Notes: generated by a model from the letters alone, not told the origin. 64,000 bases of DNA from Eledone cirrhosa (GCA_964016885.1 OZ024755.1:20150001-20214000), one strand, 5' to 3'; shown: positions 14,146 to 27,265, counted from the first letter of the stretch. A program made the numbers and translations.

Positions 14146-15489
14146 AAACATACTTCACAGATATCTTCCACAGTTGACATACATGTAATTAAAACGGATT
14201 CATTTATATCCCTACATCATCCTTTGTGTATTTATTCCCTTTATTGCACGCTAAATTTTCCTTGCTCAAAAACGACTCCCTTACTTCTCTTCATTCTCGT
14301 CACCATTCAATTATATTTCTTCTCTGACTATTCATTACATTTTTTCTGTCTCTTCTGTCTTGAATAAATACCTCAATCTGAAACGACTTTTAACTTCCCT
14401 TCCTTCCCTCCACAGTAAATTACATTTTATGCTAACTGTTGCTCGTTAGCTTCTTATTTTTGTTCGTTTTCACTCTGGATTTGCGCGTTACCTAACCTAA
14501 TTTATACGAAATTAATAGCCAAGTTATTAATTCCCATCATCACACACGATAAACACGGATTATATTTGGTTGTATCGTTATAATATAACACTAGAAAAAA
14601 CTGCAAATAATAAAACAATATGAATAGAAAACAGTACGGAAAACGTGTTACATAGCTAATTTGTCAGGAAATCGGATATACCGTAAGTGGGTTTTGTTGA
14701 AAATATAGTGAACAAAGGTGGGACAAGTATATATCCCACCAAAAAGTGATTAAAAGCAAAATAGCAAAACATAAGATAGATAGAAACTAGCTACAGGATA
14801 GGTGACAAGAGTGTGACAAAACACAAGAGACTTTCAACTGTATGGATACAGGAAAGTGTAAAGCGATAATTTGGATGTCAGTATGGATTTAAAACTAACA
14901 AATTTCAATAAATGTTTCTAGTGTATAACGTTTGTGTATAAACTGGTCATAAAAGAAATATATTCACACCAGTTATAAAATAAATATATAATATCTAAGG
15001 TTGTATATTGTGTTACGGTACACCACATGATAGCCGAATCAAAGAAAAAATATTGGAAAGTATCTTAACTTAGTAATCGGAGACGACTGAAACATTTCAG
15101 TGAAATACATCCCCGTTTACAAAGAAACAGCTGAACTGCTGTCCAAGAGATTGTGATTGAAATTGTACTCCGTGCACCTGACTTACAGCAGCATGGCTTC
15201 ATCGACAAACGTTATTTGAAGATACTTTTAGACGTGTGACTAACTCTCGAGACATTAATTCATTATTACGATCAATATATGTGGGTAATATAATTTTATT
15301 GGTTGGCATTTATGTAAAGAAGCTTTTGTGCATGTGTTGCGTTATTGTGTGGCTGTGTAGAGAAATAGGCAATTGAATATTTTTTCTGCTTATGTTAACG
15401 TTCTTTATCACGCATATCCATACCATTTTTACATTTATACTACACCACCCGGTTATTTCCATTTTAATATCTTTGAACTTCGATAGTTT

Positions 15490-15750
15490 CCTTTTGATTT
15501 CTTTCCAAGCGGGTCCTGTCAGAAGCAAGTGTCTCCAACTGATCCGACAGGATCTTAAAGCGAGACCAGCCGAGATCATTGATGTTATCCATCCATCTTG
15601 ATTGGGGATTACCCTTGGGTCTCCTGCCGGTTGGTTTTACCTGTAAAATCTATCCAGTGATACTTTCCCGAGACATTCTAACTATAAACCCGTAATATCG
15701 CTGCTACTTCTCCGAACTCTGATTCCTCAATTCGGAGAAGTAGCAGCTCT
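15490..15750 (-). pseudogene. RTE-clade LINE 3' ORF fragment with a small inversion at its 5' end
   Basis: The minus frame reads ILQVKPTGRRPKGNPQSRWMDNINDLGWSRFKILSDQLETLASDR, matching the RTE C-terminal GxRPRGRP..RW.D..LA.DR pattern. A 17-bp inverted repeat GCTGCTACTTCTCCGAA lies at 15701-15747. Confidence 0.8.
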
Positions 15751-16498
15751 ACATTGCTTTAAGTAACTCTCTACATTACACAACAAAGGCATATCTATTT
15801 TTACACACGTTTAAATACATGCCCTTAGACACATCTGGACATGCATGTGTGTTAATGGGCATAACAGATCAAGGTTATTGAGGATACGAAACAAGAATAT
15901 CTCTTATATGAGATAAATGGTTCTAATTAAGAGTTAAATCATCCATAAACCCTTTTAAATAGGATGTATTGCAATCATATAGCCCTAAAGCATAACTAAG
16001 TTTAAGAAAAAAGTTATGTATTTTTATACAAACACCAATCTGTTTATATATAATCATTTCATCTAAATCTGCACCATCGAATAATGTAGGGTTTATTCAA
16101 ATTAGGAGGATATGAGTATGAATTATATCATTAATTTATTACGTACAACAATATATTCTTTACATCAAATTATCAAATTAATTACTCCTGTGATAAATTA
16201 TATACTTATTGACATGTGCTTTTAATTAGGCCTTCAGTAGAAGAGGAGGAATATAAGATATTTGCTGTTAAGACACCATCTAATGTAGAAGGGAATATGA
16301 TCTTGCCTGCATGGAGGCTAATGGAAGAGATCTGTGTCAAAATAATAAAGCTTCAGTTATTGGTTACATATTTGTGTTTTGATGTTTAAAGAATTTTTAT
16401 CTTGGATTAAAGATATTCTCATACAGAATTACTGTTATCATGCATATTTCTGTAGAAATAACTGGAGCTATAATTACAATTATTTTTATAATAAACTA

Positions 16499-17543
16499 AT
16501 TGGATAGTGTCGGTAAAGCGTGGAACATGCTTTGTGACATAGAGTTACGGCCCTTTACGTCCTCGCCAAGGTTAGCTTAGCCTTTCATCCTTACAAGGTC
16601 AATAAAATAAAGTGCTAATAATGCATTGGAGTCAATATAATCGACTTTCCCCTTCCCACAAATTGTTGACCTTGTGTCTCAATCAGAAACCATTATTATA
16701 ATGAAAGCAGGGTGGTGGATTGGCAGTATCGGTAGAGGGTCGGACGCCATGCTTTGATGCATAGAGTTACGGCCCTTTCCAATCTGAGTTCAAATCCCGC
16801 CGAGGTTAACTTTGCCTTTCATCCTTACGGGGGTCGATAAAATAAAATACCAGTAATACACTGGGTAATTGCTGGCCTTGTGCCAAATGTAGAAACAATT
16901 ATTATAATGAAAGCAGCGGTGGATTGGCAGTATCAGTAGAGCGTCGAACAACATGCTTTGCAGCATAGAGTTACGGCCCTTTACGGTTTCAGTTCAGGTT
17001 AACTTTGCCTTTCATCCTTAGGGGGTTGATAAAATAAAGTACCAGTAATGCACTGGGATAATCCTGGTCTTCTACCAAAAGTAGAAACAATTATTGTGAT
17101 TTCTTATATAGGCACAATGCTAGCAATTTTTTTTTTTGGGGGGGGGGGGTCGATTAAATCGACCGCAGTGCGTACTTTATTTTATCAACCCCCTAAGGGT
17201 GAAAGGCAAAGTTACCCTCAGCGGGATTTGAACTCAGACCATAAAGGGCCGTAACTCTATGCTGACAAAGCATGACGTCCGATCCTCTACCGATACTGCC
17301 AATCCACCGCCCTAGTAGACAATTATTATAACGAAAGCAATCATAATTACATCTTATTAGTCAGCAATCTACAGCCATTCTGTAAGAGCTTACGGTCCTT
17401 TACTTCTGAGTTCAAATCCCGCTTTGCCTTTCATCATTACGGAATCGATAAAATAAAGCACCAGTAAGTAATGGGATCGATTTAATCGATTTCCCTCTCT
17501 ATTTTAAATTGCTGGCCTTGTAGTCTAAAGTAGAAACAATGAT
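16499..17543. mobile_element. Cluster of five family A SINEs (+16499-16700, +16710-16905, +16915-17094, -17091-17311, +17359-17543)
   Basis: Each copy carries the family core and tail; ATTATTATAATGAAAGCAG is repeated at the junctions. Confidence 0.9.
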
Positions 17544-17999
17544 ATTTTATGTGTCATTGTTTTCATGACAGATATGCAACTGAGTTGTTTCACCAACTAA
17601 ACTACCAGAATTACTTTCTCTTTGCATGTAATAAAACAACCGCGATAGTTACATACTACATAGTATGGCTACCAATGCTAAATTATTGATACAAGTGTAC
17701 TGAGTAAGAAGTTCTTGACAGAAAGAAATATAAGGTGAATTATGTGCTTCTTGAGATGTGATGCATCGTATCGTACTTAATAGACCATGCATAATTTGGG
17801 AAATACCACCGCCATACCGACAGCAACTGAAAGCTGACACTAAGATTAGGAAATAGAACACTGTTGCAGTACCATCTCATATAACACATTTTTATCTATA
17901 TTAACCCTAACTCCACTACATTCCATCTACGCCTTTTATCAATTTCTGAAAAAATTGCTATACAGATTTCATTTACCTTCGCATGAAGCAAACCTTTTC

Positions 18000-18427
18000 A
18001 ATAATTGTTTCTACTATTGGCACACGGCCAGCAATTACCCAGTACATTACTGGTACTTTATTTTATCGACCCCGTAAGGATGAAAGGCAAAGTTAACCTC
18101 GGTGGGATTTGAACTCAGAATGGCAAGGGCCGTAACGCCATGCGTCAAAGCATGGCGGCCGACCCTCTACCGATACTGCCAGTTCACATCCCTTGATGAT
18201 GATGATAATAATGGTTTCTGATTTAGGCACAAGGCCAACAACTTTGGAGGAAAGGGAAAGTCGATTAAATGAACCCCAGTACATTACTGGTACTTTATTT
18301 TATCGACCCCGCAACGATGAAAGGCAAAGTTAACCTCGGCGGGATTTGAACTCAGAATGGCAAGGGCCGTAACTCCATGCCTCAAAGCATAGCGTCCCAC
18401 CCTCTACCGATACTGCCAACTCACCGC
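18000..18427 (-). mobile_element. Two adjacent family A SINEs (18000-18187 short, 18206-18427 long variant)
   Basis: Both are full-length consensus matches. Confidence 0.9.
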
Positions 18428-18533
18428 AATAATGTGATATAATTTACCTCTGTTATATTACCGACAGACGTTCAAGTGATCGCTGAGACATGAAAAGCTG
18501 AAATGAACTCAGCGTTAGAGAAAGATTTATAAA

Positions 18534-18888
18534 AATAATTGTTTCTACTTTTTGGCACAAGGCCAGCAATTATCTCAGTGCATTACTAGTACTTTATCTT
18601 ATCGACCCCGTAATGATGAAAGGCAAAGTTAACCTCGGCGGGATTTGAACTCAAAACGCAAAGGGGCGTAACTCTATGCTACAACGCATGGCGTCCAACC
18701 CTCTGACGATACTGCCAATGCACTGCTCATATTACCATTCTCTAATAATATGGGCTACTAAGTTACTAAATTCAAAGATGAAGAATCGTGACGATACAAC
18801 ATTGTCTTATAAATCAACTACATGCTACGTAAAGGGCCATAACTATGCTGCAAAGTATGGTGTTTGACGCTCAATCGACACTGCCAAC
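18534..18888 (-). mobile_element. Family A SINE (18534-18727), ~100 bp duplicated flank, and SINE head fragment (18829-18888)
   Basis: 18728-18828 matches 7061-7161. Confidence 0.88.
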
Positions 18889-19198
18889 AAGACATAATTA
18901 TTCCAAAGTTACTCACAACAACCCATCCTCTACAATATTTACAGAAGTGTTTTCACATAAGTTAGTTCAAGTGAAGCAGCATCTGGCTTTAATTATACCA
19001 GTATGTTTCTGAGATATTAGTAAATATATAACTTTATATCCCGTCATCATATTATTTAGTAAGCTTCATTAGCTAGATATATTCACGATACATTCATCCA
19101 TTCTCGTCACGGAGGATACACTCTTGTCTCTGTAAACCAAGGAACCAGATATTCAAATTAATTTCGCAATTTAATATGTCTTTCTATCGACTTCGAAT

Positions 19199-20300
19199 GA
19201 TACCACTCTTCTCACAACAGAATACACAATATGTCTTTTTATCACATCCAGTGATACCACTTTTCTCCCGACACAATACATAACATATCTTTCTACCACA
19301 TCCACTGATACCACACTTCTCATGACAATACATAACATATCCTTCTACCACTTACAAGGATACCACTCTTCTCACGACATAATATATAGCATATCCTTCT
19401 ACCACTTGCAATGATACCACACTTCTCACGACATAATACATAGCATATCCTTCTACCACTTACAATGATACCACTCTTCTCACGACATAATACATAGCAT
19501 ATCTTTCTACCACTTGCAATGATACCACTCTTCTTCTCACCACATAATACATAACATATCTTTCTACCACATCCACTGATACTACACTTCTCACGACATA
19601 ATACATAGCATATCCTTCTACCACTTACAATGATACCACTCTTCTCACGACATAATATATAGCATATCCTTCTACCACTTACAATGATACCACACTTCTC
19701 ACGACATAATACATAGCATATCCTTCTACCACTTGCAATGATACCACACTTCTAACGACATAATATATAGCATATCATTCTACCACTTGCAATGATACCA
19801 CTCTTCTCACGACATAATACATAGCATATCCTTCTACCACTTACAATGATACCACTCTTCTCACGACATAATATATAGCATATCCTTCTACCACTTACAA
19901 TGATACCACACTTCTCACGACATAATACATAGCATATCCTTCTACCACTTGCAATGATACCAGACTTCTAACGACATAATATATAGCATATCATTCTACC
20001 ACTTGCAATGATACCACTCTTCTCACGACATAATACATAGCATATCCTTCTACCACTTACAATGATACCACTCTTCTCACGACATAATATATAGCATATC
20101 CTTCTACCACTTGCAATGATACCACACTTCTAACGACATAATATATAGCATATCCTTCTACCACTTGCAATGATACCACTCTTCTCACGACATAATACAT
20201 AGCATATCCTTCTACCACTTACAAGGATACCACTCTTCTCACGACATAATATATAGCATATCCTTCTACCATTTGCAATGATACCACTCTTCTCACGACA
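19199..20300. repeat. 54-bp minisatellite, about 20 copies
   Basis: Unit TGATACCACTCTTCTCACGACATAATACATAGCATATCCTTCTACCACTTGCAA; period confirmed at 19631/19685. Confidence 0.97.
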
Positions 20301-21007
20301 GTATACAAACCCACTAGTACGATAATACTGACAACACTCTACTGCATTTATAATTAGTTAACAGTAAAGACATAATGTTCTAATAATATACTAATTAAAA
20401 TCAAAATCAAACAATGGATATAGCTAGCCAATATCCCATCCTTTATTTGTTCCCAATAGTCAGTCAGCCATACTGGGTCAGAGAATGTTCCAATGATGTT
20501 ATGATTAAAATCAAAATCAGACAATGGATAGAGATACCGTCATAAGCCATCGTTTAGTTGTTCCTAATATTCAATCAGTCAGTCAGTCAGTGATATTGTG
20601 TAGGAGATGCAACAGCAATCAATGCTGAATGGGTAGAGATGAAAACTGGATGTTTCATTTGTCGGACATTTACAGCACAGAGTAAACGACAGATACAATC
20701 AATAAATTTATTTGTGCAGCTTTATAGATAATAATGCTGCTCCTGAAACGAAACGGTCATGTGTTTGTCCCATCTCTGGGGAGTATCATATGAAATTACG
20801 TTCAGTGTGTAGAAGGATTTATATAAAATGATGAACTGAAATTGTTTTTAAATAACATATTCGTAAACTAATCCCACTTCTGAACAACTAACTGAGAAAT
20901 GAAAAGAATTGATAAGTTATCATTATTGGAAGATTACATATACAACTTTAGAATTAGTCGAAACCTACAGAAGAATTATCTGGGAGATATTTATATACTT
21001 ATATCAT

Positions 21008-21950
21008 GTTGACGACGACGGTGGTGGTGGTGGTGGCGACGGTGGTGGTGGCGGCGGCGACGATAAGAATGATTGCTTCGTAATTATTGATCGTAGTGAT
21101 GAATATGTTAATATTAAATGTGATGATGAAGATGATGAAGATGATGATGAAAATGATTAAGATGATGAAGAAAATGATGAAAATGATGAAGATGATGAAA
21201 ATGATGATGATGAAGAAGATGATGATGATGATGAAAATGGTTATGATGAAAATGATGATGATGATGATGAAAATGATGATGATGATGAAAATGATCATCA
21301 TCATCAACACCGTCATCATGGTGATGATAATGATGATGAAGACAATGTTGATGATGGTGATGATAATGATGATGAAGACAATGTTGATGATGATGATGAT
21401 GACTGCTTCTGTATTACTGATAACGATGATGAATATGTTAATATTAAATATGATGGTGATGGTGGTGGTGGTGGTGGTGATGGTGGTGATGGTGATGGTG
21501 ATGATGATGATGATAACACTGGTTGTACTAATAACAGGGATATTTTTAATGGCTGCATTAATGCAGCTGTAGCTGTTGATGATGATGATGATGATGATGA
21601 TCTGAGGCTAATGAAGACGACGATGGAGATGATGACGACGAGGAGGTTGACTATGATGATGGTGGTGGTGGTGATTGTAGCGTTGATGTTAAGGTTAACG
21701 AAGACGAGGGCATTGATTTTGATGGCGTTGATGATGATGATGACGATGTTTATGACGAGGATGACGATAATGATGATCTTGTTGACGATGATGATGATCT
21801 TGTTGACGATGATGTTGATGTTGATGTTGATGATGATGATGATGATGATGATGTTGAGGATGATGACAATGCCATTCTTGGATAAACTAAAGTTGAGGTT
21901 GTTGATGATAGAGATAAAGCTAAGGGTAACTATGATGATCTGGTGATAAT
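21008..21950. repeat. Degenerate (GAT)n/(GGT)n trinucleotide field
   Basis: Seen directly; internal ~55-bp duplication at 21071 and 21401; stop codons break the Asp-rich frame. Confidence 0.92.
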
Positions 21951-22335
21951 TAGTATTTTGAAAGAGCTAGCAGAGCATAGCTCCTGGCGATGTTAATTAT
22001 CAATTTGTTAAGATGCAGGGTTTGAGTGAGTGTCATTGGCTCTATGCCCAACCAAGTTAGAACACTACCTTCCAACATCAATCATATACTCACTTTACAT
22101 TCACACGATTGCACAAACACACACACACTGCCACACAGACACAAATTCACACACAGACACACACAGACACACGTTCACACATATTCACAAGTACGCATAC
22201 TTAGTTACATATAAAATGGCATGTGTTTTAATGTTTAGAAGTGTATATGTACATATATATATATATATATATATGTGTTGATTTAAAACTTCACTATTCA
22301 CAAGTGTTTTTTAAGCTTCATATCATGTATCCCTA

Positions 22336-22402
22336 TTTTATCTGATGAAAACGCAGCTATCATCCCGTGATGATATTTGTTTTTGAAATGCGAATAATAA
22401 AA
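22336..22402 (+). ncRNA. Degenerate type-I hammerhead motif followed by AATAAA
   Basis: CTGATGA at 22342-22348, a long stem II (AAAC..TATCATC/GATGATA..TTTT) and GAAA at 22385. Stem III is decayed (GAAATGCGA vs GAAACGCGTH). Confidence 0.4.
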
Positions 22403-22440
22403 TACTTGGAACTCTTTTAACCATCTTTTGATCTTGTATT

Positions 22441-22445
22441 AGAGA

Positions 22446-22476
<31 letters not shown>

Positions 22477-22580
22477 CGGGGAGAGAGAGAGAGAGAGAGC
22501 GGGGAGAGAGAGAGCGAGAGGGGGAGGGAGAGAGAGAGCGAGAGGGGGAGGGAGAGAGAGAGCGAGAGGGGGAGAGAGAG
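22441..22580. repeat. (GA)n-rich polypurine tract
   Basis: Seen directly. Confidence 0.9.
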
Positions 22581-22587
22581 AAATAAA

Positions 22588-22690
22588 ACTGTTTTATTCG
22601 GGAGAAATCATCAGGAAATCATATTTATACTCTACTATGTATTGAGTACCTTGCTTACTGTGGTTAGCCCCGATTGAACCCGGGATAAAC
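22588..22690. mobile_element. Family D fragment (inverted hammerhead part plus forward tail)
   Basis: The reverse complement of 22588-22615 is CCTGATGATTTCTCCCGAATAAAACAGT; 22626-22690 matches the family D tail. Confidence 0.7.
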
Positions 22691-22736
22691 TTTGCGTACG
22701 TGCGTGCGTGCGCGTGTGCGTGTGTGTGTGTGTATT

Positions 22737-22771
<35 letters not shown>

Positions 22772-22803
22772 CACTTTGCATATTTAATCCAACGAGGAAA
22801 CTT

Positions 22804-22857
<54 letters not shown>

Positions 22858-23702
22858 ACCCACAAAACATGAAAACAAAATCTTACAATTAAAATTTATT
22901 GATAATTGTTACCAAGACAAAGAGAGATAAATCCGAAATCAAAGCGGCTCCATGTGGAATTAACATATAGAGATGGAAACAAATTTCGTCTTTGACAGGC
23001 ACGGAGACAACTCTGCTGTTGCTTCGGTTTTATTAGACAAATCATGGAATTACAAGTAGCTAGCAGAGCGCAGATGGATGTGAGAACATATATAGATATT
23101 CGTATTGAAAACATTCAATGATTAACTAATTATTGCATGTTTATTTATTGTGGCACCGGAACTAATGACGACATCTTGAATCTTGAAAATCTAATGAGAT
23201 CTCAATACAAGATATGGTCTCCGTTTAAAACAACACGAATCATCCGATGAATAAAGGAAAGAGTAATTGCAGTAAAACCAGACTGAGGTTTTGAAAGGGG
23301 CGAGTATATGCGAGAGACTGAGACAGAATGGTTGGGTCTAGAAAGTGGCAAAAGTGGGGGTAACGGGCGTAGGGTTGCTAGAAATAGTAATGGAAAGGTT
23401 ACAATAAAGGGAGTTATATATTTATAGATGTTAATAAAGATAGGCGATGGTGGCGAGAAAGAGGACTGGATATTGATAAGAACACCTGAATGAAGAGGGG
23501 TTGTTACTGGTAGGGGTGGAAGGGTGATAATAGAGATCATACTGTGTCAATGGATTCGATTGACTACCTGAAGCATCGTGATGCAAGAGAGAAGTAGAGT
23601 GGCAGGAAGAAAGAATGGAGGTATACAGGCAGACCTAAAGAAACCTCTAGGTAGAAAGGTGATATCGTAGAGTGTAAGAAATGTGACTGGCAGAGATTCC
23701 TG

Positions 23703-23759
<57 letters not shown>

Positions 23760-23763
<4 letters not shown>

Positions 23764-23881
23764 GATGATTTCTCACGAATGAAACAGTTCTAGTCCTGTA
23801 GAAGCTCTTCTATATTAAAACTTTCATACTCTGCTATGTATTAAGTACCTTACTGTGATTACCTCCGATTCAACCCGGAAT

Positions 23882-23885
<4 letters not shown>
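23760..23885 (+). mobile_element. Family D element with hammerhead core
   Basis: CTGATGA 23762-23768, GAAA 23781-23784, stem III ACAG/CTGT, GTA 23798-23800, then tail; between (TA)n and (CT)n. Confidence 0.8.
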
Positions 23886-23946
<61 letters not shown>

Positions 23947-24113
23947 CGTGTAGGTAGTACGGTGAAATACTGGTATTGGTACCAAAGCAAGCACTCAATG
24001 CACAGGCAGAGTGTATATAACAGAAAAAAACGAGGAACTTTCGTTTACATATGAAAAGTATTTATTGCAATAAATATTTTTTCATATGTAAACGAAACTT
24101 CCTCGTTTTTTCT
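23947..24113 (-). mobile_element. Family G: 92-bp palindrome plus asymmetric tail
   Basis: Palindrome at 24022-24113 centred on TGCA. The reverse complement of the tail contains ACTCTGCCTGTGCATTGAGTGC. Flanked by TA. Confidence 0.7.
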
Positions 24114-24127
24114 AATATATATATATA

Positions 24128-24370
24128 TTGATGTGAGCAATGTTTATGGGGGTTATCAAGTATATATATATATATATATATTGTCTGATGAGGACGTACT
24201 GTTGTACCTCTGAAATATGTATAATAAAATTTAATTGATCAAAAGAACATCTATTTTATTAATATTTGTATTTTAATATTTTAATAACTCTGGAAAATTA
24301 TAACTGTAGAGTGCTTCCAATCTACTGTAAAACTCATTCTTTGATGTACTCATTGAATCTTGTTTAACTC

Positions 24371-24412
<42 letters not shown>

Positions 24413-24442
24413 TTGATAACCCCCGTAAACATTGCTCACAAC

Positions 24443-24444
<2 letters not shown>
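24128..24444. repeat. ~34-bp inverted repeats enclosing a segment with a degenerate hammerhead motif
   Basis: TTGATGTGAGCAATGTTTATGGGGGTTATCAAGTA (24128-24162) vs TACTTGATAACCCCCGTAAACATTGCTCACAACAA (24410-24444). Inside is CTGATGAGGACGTACTGTTGTACCTCTGAAATATGTA, then AATAAA. Confidence 0.7.
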
Positions 24445-24482
<38 letters not shown>

Positions 24483-24838
24483 CATGTGTTTATATCATAT
24501 ACGTACGTACGTACATACATAGAAAAAGCTGGCACGTGTCAATTAAGACCTTTAAAGCCATGGTTTACGACATCTTGTCCCTTCTTGATACCCAGACCTG
24601 TACCTGCTTCTAACAACACCCTAGGTTATAATGTACTTGTTTTAAAATGGCGATATAACATAATATTTATTACATCCCATACGGTTATGCCTGCATGGGT
24701 TGAGTGGGTCAGCCACACATTAGTTACTCCTTTGTATTGTTATATGTTGGAATGTTCAATCACATTAATAATTGAATTTAAGTATCTATCAACATGCACA
24801 TGCCAGCAACCTACTAACTGCTCCATTTATCTATACTA

Positions 24839-25127
24839 AATAATGGTTTCTTATGTAGGCACAAGGCCAGCAATTTTGGGGGGAGGGGAAAAGTAGATGA
24901 AATCTACTCCAGTGCGTGACTGGTACTTTATTTTATCCACCCCGTAAGGATGAAAGGCAAAGTTAACCTCGGCGGGATTTGAACTCAGATCATAAAGAGC
25001 TGTAACTCTATGCGGGAGAGCATGGCGTCCGACCCTCTATTATACTGCTAATCCACCGCCCTATCTATACTAAATAATTGTTTCTACTTTTGGCACAAGG
25101 CCAGCAATTACCCAGTGCATTACTGGG
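24839..25127 (-). mobile_element. Family A SINE long variant (24839-25060, 17-bp TSD) plus tail fragment of a second copy (25073-25127)
   Basis: TATCTATACTAAATAAT at 24828-24844 and 25062-25078. Confidence 0.9.
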
Positions 25128-25269
25128 AAAGCTATGAGGGAGCCTCTGTGGATTCATCCTACATGCAAAAAGTAGAAGCCTGATTTCGCTCAAATCCGCT
25201 TAAAAAAAGGTAGAAGTCTAAAGAAATAATATATTCTGGGATTGGATATATTTTACATGAACAAACAGA

Positions 25270-25447
25270 TAGAATGGTTGAAGATAGTTCTTCTTTATTA
25301 GGGGTAGACTTTAGAATTTCTGAGTTAAATTTTCCTTTCATCCTTACTAGGTCGAAAAATTAAAGTGCCAGTAACCCACTATTGTCGATTTGATCAACTT
25401 TCCCCTCAACTAAGATTGTTGACCTTGTGCATAAATCAGAAACTATC
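25270..25447 (+). mobile_element. Degenerate family A SINE
   Basis: CTGAGTTAAAT..CCTTTCATCCTTAC..GTCGA..CCTTGTGCATAAATCAGAAAC. Confidence 0.7.
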
Positions 25448-26174
25448 ATAGGTAAACTTAACCACGACGTTTCTGGGGCAAAATAAAAACTACAACTATA
25501 AAAACAACTGTAAATAGTCTAATAATTGGTTTGCTAGGAATTGAATTAGTTTTACATCTATTATGCCTCTCCCAATCTCTGTTTCTCTCCTATCTCTCTT
25601 TCTCTTTACAAATGTGCGTGCGTTATAGTATGTGTGTGTGTATACACCCCCCCCCCCCACACACACACTGGTTTTAACACAGTTTCATTATCTGGGGTTG
25701 GAACTTGACACATTTAAAGAAAAATGCACTTGTTTACAGGATGACATTGATATAAGGCAGCAAGCTTTGACCAATCATTGGACAGTCTCAGCAGTGTTTG
25801 TTGCATTATTTACACCAAAGCTTCTCCTACTCCAGATTCTTAACTTCTGCCCCACCCCCACCATTTCATTCATATTTCTCTCACCTTAATGTTCACTAAC
25901 ATAGCTCCATATATAAACATCTTTATATAACTGTAATTAATGTACAAAATATCATGATTTCACCTGTAAATATTTACATCACATCTTTACTTTCTACTAA
26001 TTTAATAAGTTCATGAGTTTCTTCATATATTGTATAACACACATACCATAAAACATGCTTTCCATTACTTTTCATTCGTTTCGTTTTAGTTATCTATTAG
26101 CCAAACATTATAGAGGGATATCTAGATTTAATTCTAGACTCATATGAACTTTTAATGATTGAATTACGAGAAAT

Positions 26175-26473
26175 AATAATGGTTTCTGATTTAGGTAGAA
26201 GGCAAACGATTTTTTGCGGAAGGAGACATTCGAGAGAGGAAAGTTGATTAAAACTACCCTAGTGCGTTACTGGTACTTTAAGTTGTCGACCCCGTAAGGA
26301 TGAAAGACAAAGTCAACCTCGGCGGGATTTGAACTCAGATCGTAAATGGTTTCTAATTAAGGCACAAGGCCAACAATTTTGGGGAGGAGAGGAATGCCGA
26401 TTAAATCGACTCCAGTACATAACTGGTACTTTATTTTATCGACCCCTGCAAGGATATATTTGAGCTCAGAACG
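26175..26473 (-). mobile_element. Two truncated family A SINEs (long variant) in tandem
   Basis: Tail and core at 26175-26346 and 26346-26473. Confidence 0.8.
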
Positions 26474-26976
26474 TAATAATAAAGTGACAGTTGTGAATTG
26501 CATCTATTTCATAGAAAAAAAACATAATAAAAAAAAAAATAAAAAACATAATAAAAAAATAATAACCATTCCTTATATTATATGCATTTATATCATATCT
26601 ATTTACATACATACATATTACATAGAACATGCGGTGACAGGGTAAGCTAAAGCCTAAGAGATAAGGGGTTCTCTATTTCCCTATATTACAGCGAGGAAAA
26701 TCAATATAGTTTGATGATGAACATTCTAGTATAAAATATTTTTTTATATATTTTGGGAAAGATAAGAAGAATAAAGTAAATAGAAATGAAAATTGAAAGT
26801 GAAAGTAGAAAGTGGAAAATATAAACCTTTGACATATTTCTATTTAGTAACAATCTTAATCAATGCAATGAAATAGTTGCATGAAAACTTAAAATTATTG
26901 CTTTCAGTTGCGCAAATAAATGTGTGTGTATATATGTGTGTGTGTGTATGTACATATAAATATATATATATATATT

Positions 26977-27097
26977 TTTTATTATTGGTCTATTATGCAA
27001 ATTAGTGGGGGTTTTTTCCCTATTCCAACGGCTTAATTTAAATGTACGGGATTTAAACCTCTCCAACACTAATTTGCATAATAGACCAATAATAAAA
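26977..27097. mobile_element. Short TIR element with perfect 31-bp inverted repeats in TA tracts
   Basis: TTTTATTATTGGTCTATTATGCAAATTAGTG (26977-27007) and its reverse complement (27067-27097). Confidence 0.75.
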
Positions 27098-27098
27098 T

Positions 27099-27131
<33 letters not shown>

Positions 27132-27134
<3 letters not shown>

Positions 27135-27265
27135 CGAAGGAAATGTGGTAAGGAACCAGGTGGACCATAACGCACCAAAGTACTCAATACTTAGGGTAGT
27201 AGAGTGGGTAATAGGAACAAGTAAGACCCCGACGGCTGAGCTCAGCCGTCGGGGTCTTACCTGTT

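Noticed and set aside
19199-20300. CRISPR-like or coding (18-codon) repeat
   Set aside because: Units are contiguous with no unique spacers, there are no cas genes, and the context is eukaryotic. Stop codons occur in every plus frame and in variant units of the minus frames.
20909-21946. Asp-rich or Met-rich protein
   Set aside because: (GAT)n simple repeat; the Asp frame is interrupted by stops and no splice structure is evident.
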